64,000 nt of DNA from Mobula hypostoma (lineage: Eukaryota), in assembly GCF_963921235.1 (NCBI RefSeq), contig NC_086097.1, forward strand, positions 50,966,001-51,030,000. The letters are read 5' to 3'. Made by a program: the position numbers and the translations under genes. Below are positions 37,166-49,019 of the stretch, piece after piece; position 1 is the first letter of the stretch, and each line of letters starts with the position of its first letter. The notes below the pieces were generated by a model that saw only the letters and a program-made list of their open reading frames with translations, did not search any database and had not been told where the DNA came from.

Positions 37166-38977
37166 AAAAAGGCTCTAGTGCTTTGCCGGCGTTTATGACG
37201 AATAAGCTCTGATACAGGTATGGATCATAATTGACATTTCAATGACAAACTATACCATCTTCATCAGGGAGAATGCCTGGGCATATCAAGTCTAGTGGTA
37301 TTTATACCCCTGTAGTCCATCCTTCCTGATTGATTAGTCCTCGTCCTGTTACACACCTCGTGGGTATCTTGTGACTGTCTTATGACCATGATGTAATTGA
37401 GTATCTTGTAAGCATGATGTAATTGTCTTGTGATGGTGGGGTGATGTAATTTTCCTGCCAGTGTGAGGTCACGATGCAATTTTCCTGCTGGTGTGAGGTC
37501 AGGATGCAATTTTCCCGCTGGTGTGAGGTCACGTGATGGCATGTTTCCAACAGGGATATAAGGAGAAACCCCTGTTGTCATGCAGTTAGTTCGTCAGTTA
37601 ATTCGTTATGCTGCATATTCGTCTCATGATGCAGTTTTGTTTTAAAGTGGAGTTTTACTTTCTATTTTAAGGTAAAAACATTGTGCCTGCAGTTTCGCCA
37701 ATCGCTGCCAGTTTTTGTTTGTTGCACCTTTGATTTACCTTTACAGGCTAGTATTGGAGAGTGAAGACCTTACCAAAGTACGGGAACCCAAAAGACTGAG
37801 TAAAGTTGGTGGCATTGGGCAGTTTGATAAAGGGAGTAAGAGTTCAGCATGGACTACAAGGGCTGAGATGGCCTGTTTCCATGCTGTAATTGTTATACGG
37901 TTATATGGTTATATGGATCAAGCTTATTGAATCTTCGTTCAGGAATAGTGGCTTGCATCTGAGATAACCCCTGCAAGATCAGTAAGGTTTGTGTAGTATT
38001 CACCCTCCAGGAAAAAGGTCAGTTCCTTTAAGCCATTTTATTTCCTTCGTCGTGAATTCTTTGGACAAGGCACTTCTCGGCTGGGATCAACAGTAACGTC
38101 ACATCTTTGAGGAAATCAGTTTTCAGGGAAGTCTCTCCTTACTGACTGTATAAATCACCTGGACTTTCAAATTTACTACTTTAAGACTGTGTTCGAATTT
38201 ACCACTTTAAGAACTGTTCCAGAGTTCGGCTGTTTGTTAAATTGCCGTATAGCAGTTAACTTCGGGTTAAGTTAGTCGGTTGTTTACTTTTCACGAGTGT
38301 TGAGCAGATTTTAATAAATGTTTATGCTTGTTCATAAAACCTGACTCAATTCTATATTTCATTGTTGCCGACCATGCAACAGTCCAAACATCCTGCAATT
38401 AATACCATCCACAAATCCGTAAGGAAGTTCAAGTCACAGCTCATGCAGGTCAAAGATGACCTGGGACTCAAGATGGCTGGTGATTACAGGATACCCTGTG
38501 AATGTGGAGCAGCATGACTCAGCAAAACGGGTTGCACAGTGGAAACCCGCATCAAGGAGCACAGGAGGTGTATCCGTTTGAGTTACCCAGAGAAATCGGT
38601 GATAGCAAAACACTGCATTCGTAATGGCCATAGAATTGACTTTGATGGCACAAAATTACTGTGGTACACCAATGACTTTTGGGGCCGCCTGATAAAGGAA
38701 GCCATTGAAATAAAACTAGAGGAAAAGAATTTTAACAAAGACCAAGGTCTTGCTCTAAGAAAGAACTGGAATTCAATTGCAAACAAGGTGGAAGGGCAGA
38801 AACCTCATTAGACAAGGACTAACCAACCAGGAGGGAGATACTACGGGGGTATAAATACCACTGGACTAGACATGCCCAGGCATCATACCTGATGAAGATG
38901 ACAGAGTTTTTCTTTGAAGCATCGGTTATGATCGATACCTGCACCCAGATGGAAGCCTGAGGAGAGTTTATTCATCA
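37166..38977 (+). mobile_element. Truncated Poseidon/Penelope-type element with inverted pLTRs
   Basis: GIY-YIG remnant at 38440-38811 (YRIPCECG...VETRIKEH..KSVIAKHC..GH.IDF..LIKEAIEI..NFNKDQG). 37200-37346 is an inverted copy of 38810-38975. Both pLTRs carry CTGATGA...GAA hammerhead-like boxes. TSD GTGGATGCTG at 37156-37165 and 38978-38987. Confidence 0.85.
37347..38381 (+). mobile_element. Solo LTR (1035 bp)
   Basis: TGTTAC...GCAACA termini with 4-bp TSD GTCC. TATA-like GATATATAAGG at about 37555 and AATAAA at about 38313. Short tandem repeats at 37440-37540 and a CR1 tail at about 37830-37912 inside. Confidence 0.85.
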
Positions 38978-39669
38978 GTGGATGCTGTTTACTTTGATTT
39001 TCAGAGTCAGTGGATGTTACTTACTTCAATTTTCAGAAGGCCTTTGACAAGGTGCTACACATGAAGCTGCTTAATAAGGTAAGAGCCCATGGTATTACAG
39101 GAAAGGTACTAACATGGACAAAAGATTGGCCGACTGGAAGAAAGTGAAAAGTGGGAATAAAAAAGGCCTTTTCTAGTTGGCTACCAGTAACTAGTGATGT
39201 TCTGCAGGGCTTGGCTAGGGTTCGCTACTTTTCACGTGATATGTTAATGATCTAGATGATGAAATTGATAGCTTTGCGGCCATGTTTGCAGATACAACAT
39301 TAATGGGTGGAGCAGCAGTTAGTGTTGAAAACCAGAGAGTCTGCAGGAGTTGGAGATAGTATTTACTTTACTTGCACAATTTATTGTTCACATTGATTGT
39401 CAGTCTGTTTATATACAATTTTTCATAAATTTTTATATTTATTTTGTCCCTGTAAATGTCTGCAAGACAATGAATCTCAAGGTAGTATATAGTAACATAT
39501 ACGGACCATGATAATAAAATTCACTTTGACGAGCAGAATGGGCAAAGAAGTAGCAATACAGAATAAGGAAGTTTATGATCATGCTCTTTGGTGGAAGGCA
39601 TAAAGGCATAGACTAGCTTCTAAACACAAGACATTCAGAAATTAGAGGTACAAGGGGATTTGAGTGTCC

Positions 39670-39848
39670 TAGACGCAAAAGATTCTGCAGATGTTGCAAA
39701 TTTTGAACACACAGAAAACACCGGAGAAACTCAGCAACTCAAGACTCAGTACCTAATGAAAGGTTTCAGCCCAAAACATCAACTGTTTATTCCCCTCCAT
39801 AGATGCTACCTGACATGCTGAGTTTCTCCAGCGTTTTGTATGTGTTGG
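39670..39848. mobile_element. Older fold-back Penelope pLTR mini-insertion
   Basis: An antisense pLTR end is followed by a sense pLTR starting at a degenerate hammerhead (cagtacctaatgaaaggtttcagcccaaaacatcaact). Confidence 0.7.
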
Positions 39849-39934
39849 GAACTCAACTGCAAGATACCCTAAACTGGAAGGAAAATGCAATGTTAGCATT
39901 CATTTCAAGAGGACTAGAATATAAAAGGATGTAT

Positions 39935-40740
39935 TTTGAAATTCAATGTTGGAAAATGCATGGTCATGCACTTTGGTAGTAGAAATAAATGTGCGGACTA
40001 TTTTCTAAATGGGGAGAAAATCCAGGAATCTGAGATGCAGAGGGACTTGGGAGTCCTTGTGCAGAACACCCCGAAGGGTTAACTTGCAGGTTGAGTTGGT
40101 GGTGACAAATGCCATGTCAGCATTCATTTCAAGAGGTCTAGAATACAAGAGCAAGGATGTAATATTGAGGCTTTATAAGGCACTGGTGAGGCCTCACCAT
40201 GAGGTTTTGTGAACAGTTTTGGGCCCCTCATTTTAGAAAAGTTGTGCTGGCATTGGAGAGGGTCCAGAGGAGGCTCACAAGGATGATTCCAGGCATGAAA
40301 TAGTTATCTTACGAGGAACATTTGATGGCTCTGGGTCTGTACTCCCTGAAATTCAGAAGGCTTGGGGGGGGGGGGGGTCTCATTGAAACCTTTCGAATGT
40401 TGAAAGGCCTAGACAGAGTAGAGGTGGAAAGGATGTTTCCCATGGTGGGAGAGTCTAGGACAAGAGGACACAGTCTCGGGATAGAGGGGCACCTTTTCAA
40501 AACAGAGATGCAGAGAATGTGGAATTTGTTGCCACATGCAGCTGTGGAGGCCAGGTCGTTGGGTGTATTTAAGGCAGAGATGGATAGGTTCTTGATTGGA
40601 CATGGCATCAAAGGTTAACAGAGAGAAGGCCGGGAACTGGGTTTAAGGAGATAGAAAATAGGGTCAGCCATGATTGAATGGTGCAGCAGACTCAATGGGC
40701 CAGATAGACTAATTCTGCTCCTAGGTCTTATGGTTTTGTG
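39935..40740 (+). mobile_element. Younger CR1 3' fragment nested in the older CR1
   Basis: FNVGKCMVMHFG, LYKALVRPH and LIETFRMLKGLDRV, with its own 3' tail at about 40715-40740. Confidence 0.85.
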
Positions 40741-41409
40741 GTAACGCTGGGGCTCTACAAGGCATTAGTTAGATCACCAGACCTCATTTGTAGTATTGTG
40801 AGCAGTTTTGGGCACCATTTGTAAGGATATGCTGGCATTGGAGTGTATCCAGAGAACGTTTACAAGAATGATCCCAGTAATGAAAGGGTTAACATATAAG
40901 GAGCATTTGATTTCTCTGGGTCTGTACTCACTGGAGTTCAGAAGAATTGGGGGGGGGGGGAGGGGCTCAATGAAACCTGCCAAATATTGTAAGTCCTGGA
41001 CAGAATGGACATGGAGAGAATGTTTTTAATAGTGGGAGATTCTAGGACCATAGGGCACAGCCTCAAGAATAGACGGATGTCCATTTAGAACAAACATGAG
41101 GATGAACTTCTTTAGCCAGAGGATGGCAAATCTATGGAATTCATTGCAAAAAAAAAGACAGCTCTGGAGGCCAAGTCATTGGATAGATTTAAAGTGGAGA
41201 ATGATGGATTCTTGATTAGTAAGGGTGTCAAATAGTAAGGGCAGAAGGCAGAAGAGTGGGGTTCATAGGTAAAATAAATCAGCCATGGAGCAGATTTGAT
41301 GGACTAAATGGCATAATTCTGCTCCTATGTCTTGTGGACCTTCATGAAGGAAATGAGAATTTTTCCCCCAGCTAGGAATAGCAACAGTACTTAGATGAAG
41401 TAAATTTGC

Positions 41410-41800
41410 TCAGCTCAGGTTATATGGCAACATTCTCATCCAAGTCAGGTTGAGATTGAGTTTCAAACCCTACTGCATGACTAAAGCATAATATACAAGG
41501 CACCTGCACAATGCTGAAGGATTGCTGCATTGGTAGATGCTTCTTTGAAGATCTAAACAGAATATATTTAACTCTTCTAGTGGTTTATGTCAGCATGAAA
41601 AAAAATTCTATTGCAACATTTAAAGGGATGGGTGTTTCCCTGCATCTCAACCAAACCATCAGATACAAATTAACTGCTTTTAATTTTAATTTGTGGCTTG
41701 TATGTTTCTCAACTGTGTAACAATTTCTACTTAAATGATAGTACAAATGGTAGATCTTCAGCAGTGATATGCCTCCAGAAAGGTTCTCCTTTCATTTACA
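41410..41800 (+). mobile_element. Possible ancient Deu-domain SINE remnant (SacSINE1/AmnSINE1-like)
   Basis: From memory of the Deu consensus, gcataat...gcacaatgctgaaggattgctgcattgg..gatgcttcttt...ctcaacca is colinear but heavily diverged. Confidence 0.4.
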
Positions 41801-42477
41801 TCTGTTATTATCAAAACGTTATTTGTTGTAGATGGGCCATAAAATTGGGGGGGGGGGGTGGAGGAACTCATCTGCAAATGAGCACACCTAGTCCATCTAT
41901 CATCTCTAGTCTAGTCTTTGAGTTCCCATTTTTCCTTCCCACTTTCTACTGGCTATATCCCCCCCAGTCTGAGAACATTCTAAGTTCCTTCCCACCCATC
42001 CACTATAACATGCTGTCCAACCTGCTGAGCTCCTCCACCAGATTGCTTGTTGTTTCATCTCTAAATGTTTTTGATTGTCCTGCATAAGCAGAGCTACATC
42101 AAATACTGGAATAACAAGATGAAAGTAATTATTAGTAGCTGAAATTTTGCCACCACATTAAATAAAGTTTTTACTTCGAGAATACAGCAGATAGATAAAC
42201 AGCAATACCAACCATAGAATCCAGCCTGTAAGGTATCTTTTTTTTACACCCAGCCCTTAACCCTCCAAGCCCCTCCCTTCCACATACCTAACCAAATGCC
42301 TCTTAAATGTTACAATTGCACCTGTCTCTAGCACTTCCTCTAATAGCTCATTCCAGGTAGAGTCCAGCTAGATAAGTCCACATTTTCAAAAACAAAAAAG
42401 CCAAAATATAGCAAAAAATAAATTTCCAGCATCTGCAGATTTTCTCATGTTTGTGATTCTACAACTGATAGAATCCA

Positions 42478-42975
42478 GTGATGAAGGATTTCGTGACGAG
42501 CCTGGCAGAAAACTTCAGGGAACGATTTGAAAGCTCCCCTAAACTCTCAGGTGACATCCTCCTCTTCCTGAGACAGCCGTTCTCCATTTCGGCTGACGGC
42601 CAGTGGACTGCAGAGGCCAAAAGGCTAGTGCCTTCCATAGATGAGGCAACTCTTCAGATGGAGGTCTTGGAAATGGGAACATCTGATTTGCTCAAAGCAC
42701 AACACAAGGACGTTGGGGTGAGTGACTTTTGGATCAACATGGTTCCCCAAGCTCAACTCAAACACATGACAGCTATTGCAATGCTCCTACTCACACTGTT
42801 CCCCTCCACATACATATGTGAGTCATGGTTTTCTTCAATGAACCCTATCAAGAACCAGGACAGAAACAGACTCCCCAATGCACATCTTGGCCAGTGCCCC
42901 AGGGTTGCCACAACAGAGTACAGGCCCGACATCAGAAGGATTGCCTCATCCCGTTGCTGTCACTTCTCTCATTGA
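42478..42975 (+). pseudogene. hAT (Charlie-like) transposase C-terminal dimerisation-domain fragment
   Basis: FLRQPF, DFW, LLLTLFPSTYICESWFSSMNPIK...RNRL and a terminal HFSH. Candidate right TIR ends at about 43360 or 43868 (TTGGGCAACCCTG). The 5' part is absent. Confidence 0.85.
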
Positions 42976-43396
42976 TTGGTGAGTGAATAAATTTATTTTT
43001 GTCCATTTGTCAATCTTATTGTGGTATAATAATATAACAATAATTCTGATAATTTCATTTATAGCTACACTTCACACCTCAAATGCTATATAGCTTAATT
43101 AAAAAGAACAAATAGATTGAATGAGAGAACAGAAACAGTAGAAAAGGCAGTACTACTAAAACTCTGTGTGGAAGAGCAGTGGTAAAGGGGTGTGTGTCTC
43201 TGTGTCTCTGTATTTTAAGTCCCAGATGAGATCTCAATGTGACAGCTGACAGTTGTGATAGCAAGAGTCATAATTAAATGGTTGGTTTTGGACTTATTTT
43301 GTTTCAAGAGTGCATTTTTTTTTCTTCTGTGACCCACAACACAGGCTTTGAGAATCCCAGGCCTAAATTATTACTACTACTACTACCACCACTACT

Positions 43397-43703
43397 TGTT
43401 TAGGCATCCGTTAGTCTCATGAGACCATGGATTTGTGCCTTGGAAGGTTTCCAGGGCGCAGGCCTGGGCAAGGTTGTATGGAAGACCAGCAGTTGCCCAT
43501 GCTGCAAATCTCCCCTCTCCACGCCACCGATGTTGTCCAAGGGAAGGGCATTAGGACCCATACAGCTTGGCAACGGTGTTGTCGCAGGAGCAATGTATGG
43601 TTAAGTGCCTTGCTCAAGGACACACACGCTACCTCAGCCAAGGCTCGAACTAGCGACCTTCAAATCACTAGACAAATGCCTTAACCACTTGGCCACGCGC
43701 CAA
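43397..43703 (-). mobile_element. tRNA-derived SINE inserted in a (TAC)n tract
   Basis: Minus-strand head has an A box TGGCCAAGTGG and a B box AGTTCGAGCC, then GTGTCCTTGAGCAAGGCACTTAACC. ACTACCAC repeats flank it on both sides. Confidence 0.8.
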
Positions 43704-43899
43704 CACTACCACTACTACTACTAATAGTAATAATAATAATAGCAGCAACAACATCTGCCCATAAAACAACTTACTGGCGCAATGAAAAAAAAATCCTGGA
43801 CGTTTGGCCCTTGGCTTGGCATGCTTGACATAATTTGGTCCTTGTGGAAAACTAATTGGGCAACCCTGCCCTACAGGCAGTAATCAATGTTTCTGTCTA

Positions 43900-45280
43900 G
43901 ATTTATGAGGGTAAAGAGGGCCACGAAATGGCACTTGCAGATAGAATTATAGAAATTCCAGAAGTATTTTAAACACAAGAAATCCTGTAGATGCTGGAAA
44001 TCCAGAGCAACACAGAAAATGCTGGAAGAACTCAGCTAGTCAAAGCTTCAGGCCAAGAATCTTTATCAAAACTAAGTACATTATATTTAAAAAACATTTA
44101 TCTGATAAAGTTTCCTCAACTTCTCACACCAAAATGAAATATGAGAATGTATAGGAGACCATACATTAATACTTCTATGAATTCACTCTGGAGAAGTATG
44201 CTGTAATTGGAGAGTTCAAGCAATGGTGGAATTCTAGAACAAAGTATCATCAAAAATATATTAGATGCCTGAGCAGATGAATCCCCAGAGCCTGATAAAA
44301 TCTATAATGCCCAGCCTGCAACGCTGGAAGAGAAGTGATTATTGGGGCTCTGACAGAGATATTCAAGCCTTCTCCAACTACAAAAGAGGAGGCAAGACAA
44401 CTGAAGAACAACCAATGTGGTACTTTTATTCAAGGCCAACAAAAATTAGCCAGATATTTACAGGTTGGAAAGTCCATCATCAGTGGTACAAAAATTACTG
44501 GAAAGAATTTGGAGGTCAGGCTTAATCTGCACATTTTTAAGGGGAGGTCTTTTCTGATTGACTTGATTGACTTTTGAAGTGACAAGTATGTTGAACTGGG
44601 TAGTGCATTCAATAAGACTTTTGACAATGTCCCACACAGAAGACAGGTCCAAAAATAAAAAATCCAGGAAAATGTGGCAAAATAGATCCAATACTGGCAA
44701 GATGATAGGAAGCGAAGAACTATTTTATAACTGATAGCCTACAGACAACCAGCACTGCATGGCACAGATCAGTGTTGGGAAAATTGTTTGTTATAGACAT
44801 TAACAACCTGCATGGGAATGTTGGAGGTATGATTAGAGTTGGAGTGAAGTCACTTCAACTCATCCATACTGATCAAGGTGCCTTTCTGAGTTAGTCTCAT
44901 TTGTCTGCTTTTGGCCAATATTCCTCTGAACCTATCCTATTCATGAGGATGTCAAAATATCTTTTAAATATTGTAATTGTACCCACCTCTAACTTTCTCC
45001 AACAGCTCATTCCATATACTAACAGCCCTTTGCATGGGGAAAATACTTGCCTCCCAAGTTTCCCTGAAATCTGTCCCTCTTCAGTCTACATCCTTTAGCT
45101 TTAAAGTCCCCTACCCTGCAATAAAAGACTGACCTTATGATTTCATAATCCTCTATAAGGTCAATTAGGCTCATATGCCCTAGATAAAACAATCCCAGAC
45201 TACTCATTCTTTCCACATAACTCATACTCTCAAGTTCCAGCAACATCTATGTGAATCTTCTGCACCCTCTCTAGCTTAAG
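43900..45280. mobile_element. Decayed CR1 fragments (plus about 43900-44830, minus about 44830-45280) with a pLTR remnant at about 43975-44075
   Basis: Remnants such as gggaggtcttttctgattgacttgattgac and ttcaataagacttttgacaatgtccc. A minus-strand SYVERMSSLGLF remnant. Confidence 0.6.
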
Positions 45281-45299
45281 TATGTATAATTAAGTTAAT

Positions 45300-46360
45300 A
45301 CACAAGGTTGCAATACAACCCGAGAGTCACTTTCTGGCAGGAATACACAATGAATCCAAGAAACAACAGAATCAATGAAAGACCACACTCAACAGGACAG
45401 ACAAACAAAGTGCAAAGTTTAACAAACTATGCAAATACAGAGGAGAAGATAATAATAAATAAATAGATAAACAATAAATATCAAGAACATTAGATGAAGA
45501 GCCCTTGAAAGTAAGTCTATAAACTATGGGAACATTTCAGTGATTGGGGTGAGTGAAGTTATCCCCTCTGGTTCAAGAGCCTAATGGTTGAGGGGTATTA
45601 CCAGTTCCTGAACCTGGTGGTGTGGGTCCTCAGGCTCCTGTACCTTCTTGCTGATGGCAGCAGTGAGAAGAGAGCATGGCTGGATGGTGGAGATCCTTGA
45701 TGAAGAATGCTGTTTTCCTGCAACAGTATTTCATGTAGACATGCAGTGATGTGGAAGGTCTTACCTGTGATGAACTGAGCCATATAGACTACTTTTGTAA
45801 GGATTTTAGGTTCAAGGGCATTGATGTTTCCAATATGATATTTCCATATTGATTGATGCAACCAGTCAATATACTCTTCACCACGCATCAGCAGAAACTT
45901 GTCAAAGTTTTCAAAGTCATGCTAAATCTTTGCAAACTTCTTAGGAAGTTGCACTGCCATGCTTTCTTCATAATTCTACTTATATGCTGGATCCAGGACA
46001 GAACCTTTGAAATGATAACACTGAGATATCTAAAATTGGTGATCCTCTCCACCTCTTATGCTCCAATAAGGACTGGCTCATGAACCTCCAGTTTCCTCCT
46101 CCTGAAGTCAACAATCAGCTCCTTGGTCTTTCTGACACTGAGTGAGAGGTTGTTGTGGGACCACTCAGCCAGATTTTCAATCTCCCTTCGAAATGCTGAT
46201 TCGTCACCACCTTTGATTTGGCCAACAACAGTGGTGTCATCAGCCAACTTGAATATGGTATTGGAATTGTGCTTCACCACAGTTATGTATAAAGTAATTA
46301 TAGTAGGGGGTTAATCATACAACCTTGCACTGCATCTGTATTGATGGAGATTGTGGAGAT
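45300..46360 (-). mobile_element. Rex1/Babar LINE 3' portion
   Basis: NTIFKLADDTTVVG...KTKELIVDFRR and HALFSLLPSARRYRSLRTHTTRFRN. Confidence 0.85.
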
Positions 46361-46429
46361 TCCTAAACTGTACCTCATATGTAACAAGAAATGTGAACAT
46401 GAAATTTTAAGCTTTGGTGCATATTCATA

Positions 46430-46855
46430 AACAGTCAAGGAACAGAAAATAAAGACACTTTACTCTCAGAGACTTTTTGTGGCGGCACAATCTATTTTGT
46501 ATACAGCTTGTATTTGGTTGTTTTGAAAGTTGTGCATGTAGCACAAGCTTCATCATTAAGCTACTCGTATAATTAGACTTGACCAACTTCATCGCTGAAA
46601 ACAATGACTCACATGAATACACGTTGATGAAAATACCATTAACATTGCAATTGCAAGGTTTTTGGCCAGTTAAAATTTTCAGGAACGGAATTGCAGAGCT
46701 GCAGAACCTCACTGCCTGAACTCAATTATTTGTTTGGTAAAGGTAATAATGATAATAATGAGTTTAATGAATTGAGGGGTGGCACTCAACAAATGGCAAC
46801 AAAATATTTTGCATATGCCGTCTTGGGCACGCATGCCATAAGTTTGTCACCCCTG
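46430..46855 (-). mobile_element. Internally deleted hAT (Charlie-like) element
   Basis: Minus strand starts CAGGGGTGACAAAC (TIR-like). Contains YSCESLFSAMKLVKS, a hATC-like remnant. Confidence 0.6.
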
Positions 46856-49019
46856 TTCCATATGGTTGTAACATAATATCCCATCTCCTGTATTCAATGC
46901 CTCATCTGATTATTTTAAATACTGTCTGTCCTTACTGATACACTCTGTTGGTCAGGAAGTCAAAGATCCAGTTGCAGAGAGAGACAATAGCTTCAAGGGC
47001 CTGAAGTAGTGAGGAGTTTGCAAGGCAGAAATATAATCAACAAACAATAGCCTGACATAGGTGTCTTTAATTAATTCTTTAAAGAATTACCAAATGTTGA
47101 TACATTTACAAAAATAATTGCCGTGAGTGCAAATAGCAATCGATAGGCTTGACATACTAAAAATACAATGGAACAAGAATGCGGAAACAATAGGTAATAA
47201 AGAACATGAAAACCTGAAGTGCCTCAACCTGAAACTAAATGAAGAACTAATCATGCAAACATGATTACTAGCATCTCTGCTTTAATAAGTCAGAAGACAG
47301 ATTAAATTAAAAATCAGCTGGAGTCAGTAGTAAAAAAAATGCACAAAAATTTAATTCTCAGATTTAAAATTGTGTGAACTCTAACGCAAAAGAAGTATTT
47401 GTACTCCAATACCCAAAACACTGAAGCTGTGTTCAAACCAAAGAAAGGCACTGTTCAACTTTCAGCAGCTCGAGTTATGCCGGCATGATTGTAATTACAG
47501 ACAAAAACCTATTTATCTTGAAGTTGAGCTGTAACAGACTCGGCTACTGTAGTTGTTTTGAAACAAAGCTGCACATCTAAAAATTGTCCAGTTACAGACT
47601 GCTTCAGAGAAAGTGGAACCAACAAACAAGAAGTCTGTCAATGAGATCACACCCATTTATAGGGACAAAGGAAGTCTGGTAGAGAGGTAGACAATAAGGG
47701 GGGGGGAGAATCAATTTCCTTTTCTCATTTTATTTTTGTGAGATAAAGTCAAAGTCAATAATATAGTACTATGTCACAATTCTCAGTATAAACCCCAAAT
47801 TAATTAGATTACTTTTCTTTTACATATATTTCTTGAACAAACATTTTTACCAAAAAAAACTGGTTCCAGCCCTTACAAAGTTATACTTAATGATATGGTG
47901 GAAGGGAGGGGTGGCAAAATTAGATTAGATTAGATTCAACTTTATTGTCATTGTGTCTGCAGCCTTTCCCCACTGAGCCTTTACAGCAGCAACACCAAGT
48001 TTCAGTGCACTCTGTGGAGCACCATCCTGGACCACAGAATACTGTATACGAATACTTAATATTTGGTTTTGGAGAGCTACTTGTACTGGAATAAAGAACA
48101 CTTAGGAAGACTGAGGGACATATTCACTGAAGTGACGATCTTCTGGCAGTGGATGATGTGGGGAAGGGCACAGGAGGCATGAGTTACTTGAAATTCAACA
48201 CTGACTATTCCAAATTTCAGATAACCATCACCCCATACTGTTCTCCCCCACAGTTACCATTCACCAAGTTTTCTTTTCTTTTTGTTCATCTTTCCCATCA
48301 CCCTTTACCTCCTCCCCCAATAGCAGATTTTTACCTACCTATTACCCCTTCCCCATCTGGTTCTACCTATCACCTACCAGCCTCCACCCCTCATACTGCA
48401 ATATATACTGGTTATTTTTCCCTCATCCATGGTATTGACCTGAAATGTTGATTTACATCTTTTGGCTCCACAGATGCTTCTTGACCGCTGAGTTCTTCTA
48501 GTATTCAGTTTTTATGTTTCAGATACCAGCATCCACTGTCTCTTATGTTTTTAAAATTGCTGCTCTAACATCCATTTTCTTCCTGATAGATTTGGTAAAG
48601 TGTATGATACAACATACAAACAAGATGGGGAAACAGGGTAAAATTAACTAATTCAGAATGTGATTAATAAACCTTGTTCTCCATCCATCACATCATTCTG
48701 CAGATTCCTTCACCAAACCACATTATGTACATTAGATATTCTACCAAATACTTCCTTCCTCATTCAAGATGGTGAAGTGTGCAATTACTGTCCAAAACAA
48801 AATTGATCGTAACTCTGAATGGCACAAGGCTGTCAAAAATCTTGCTACTGGTAATATAGAAGGCATCTTTCTCCCTAATGCTCATCATTGTTGTTTCTTA
48901 CACACTGCCATCTAGAATATAAAGCCGGTACAAAGATCCTCAAGAAACATTCCCAATATGCTTGACACTTGCAGCTGCATCATAATTTTAGAGACACCAC
49001 TAATATTATATATACATAA

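Larger units (their letters stand above)
35810..41340 (+). mobile_element. Long CR1 ORF2 remnant broken by at least five later insertions
   Basis: Colinear CR1 motifs in order: KYEGKLA, KSFFRYIK, GKSCLSNLLEFFE, FQKAFDKV, FADT, LGLYSLEFRRI, then a 3' tail at about 41320-41340. Confidence 0.8.

Noticed and set aside
37440..37540. Three repeats of about 30 bp superficially like a CRISPR array
   Set aside because: They are tandem with no unique spacers, sit inside an LTR and are in a eukaryotic context.
43630..43703. tRNA-like sequence
   Set aside because: It has A/B boxes but no convincing cloverleaf and runs into a SINE body.
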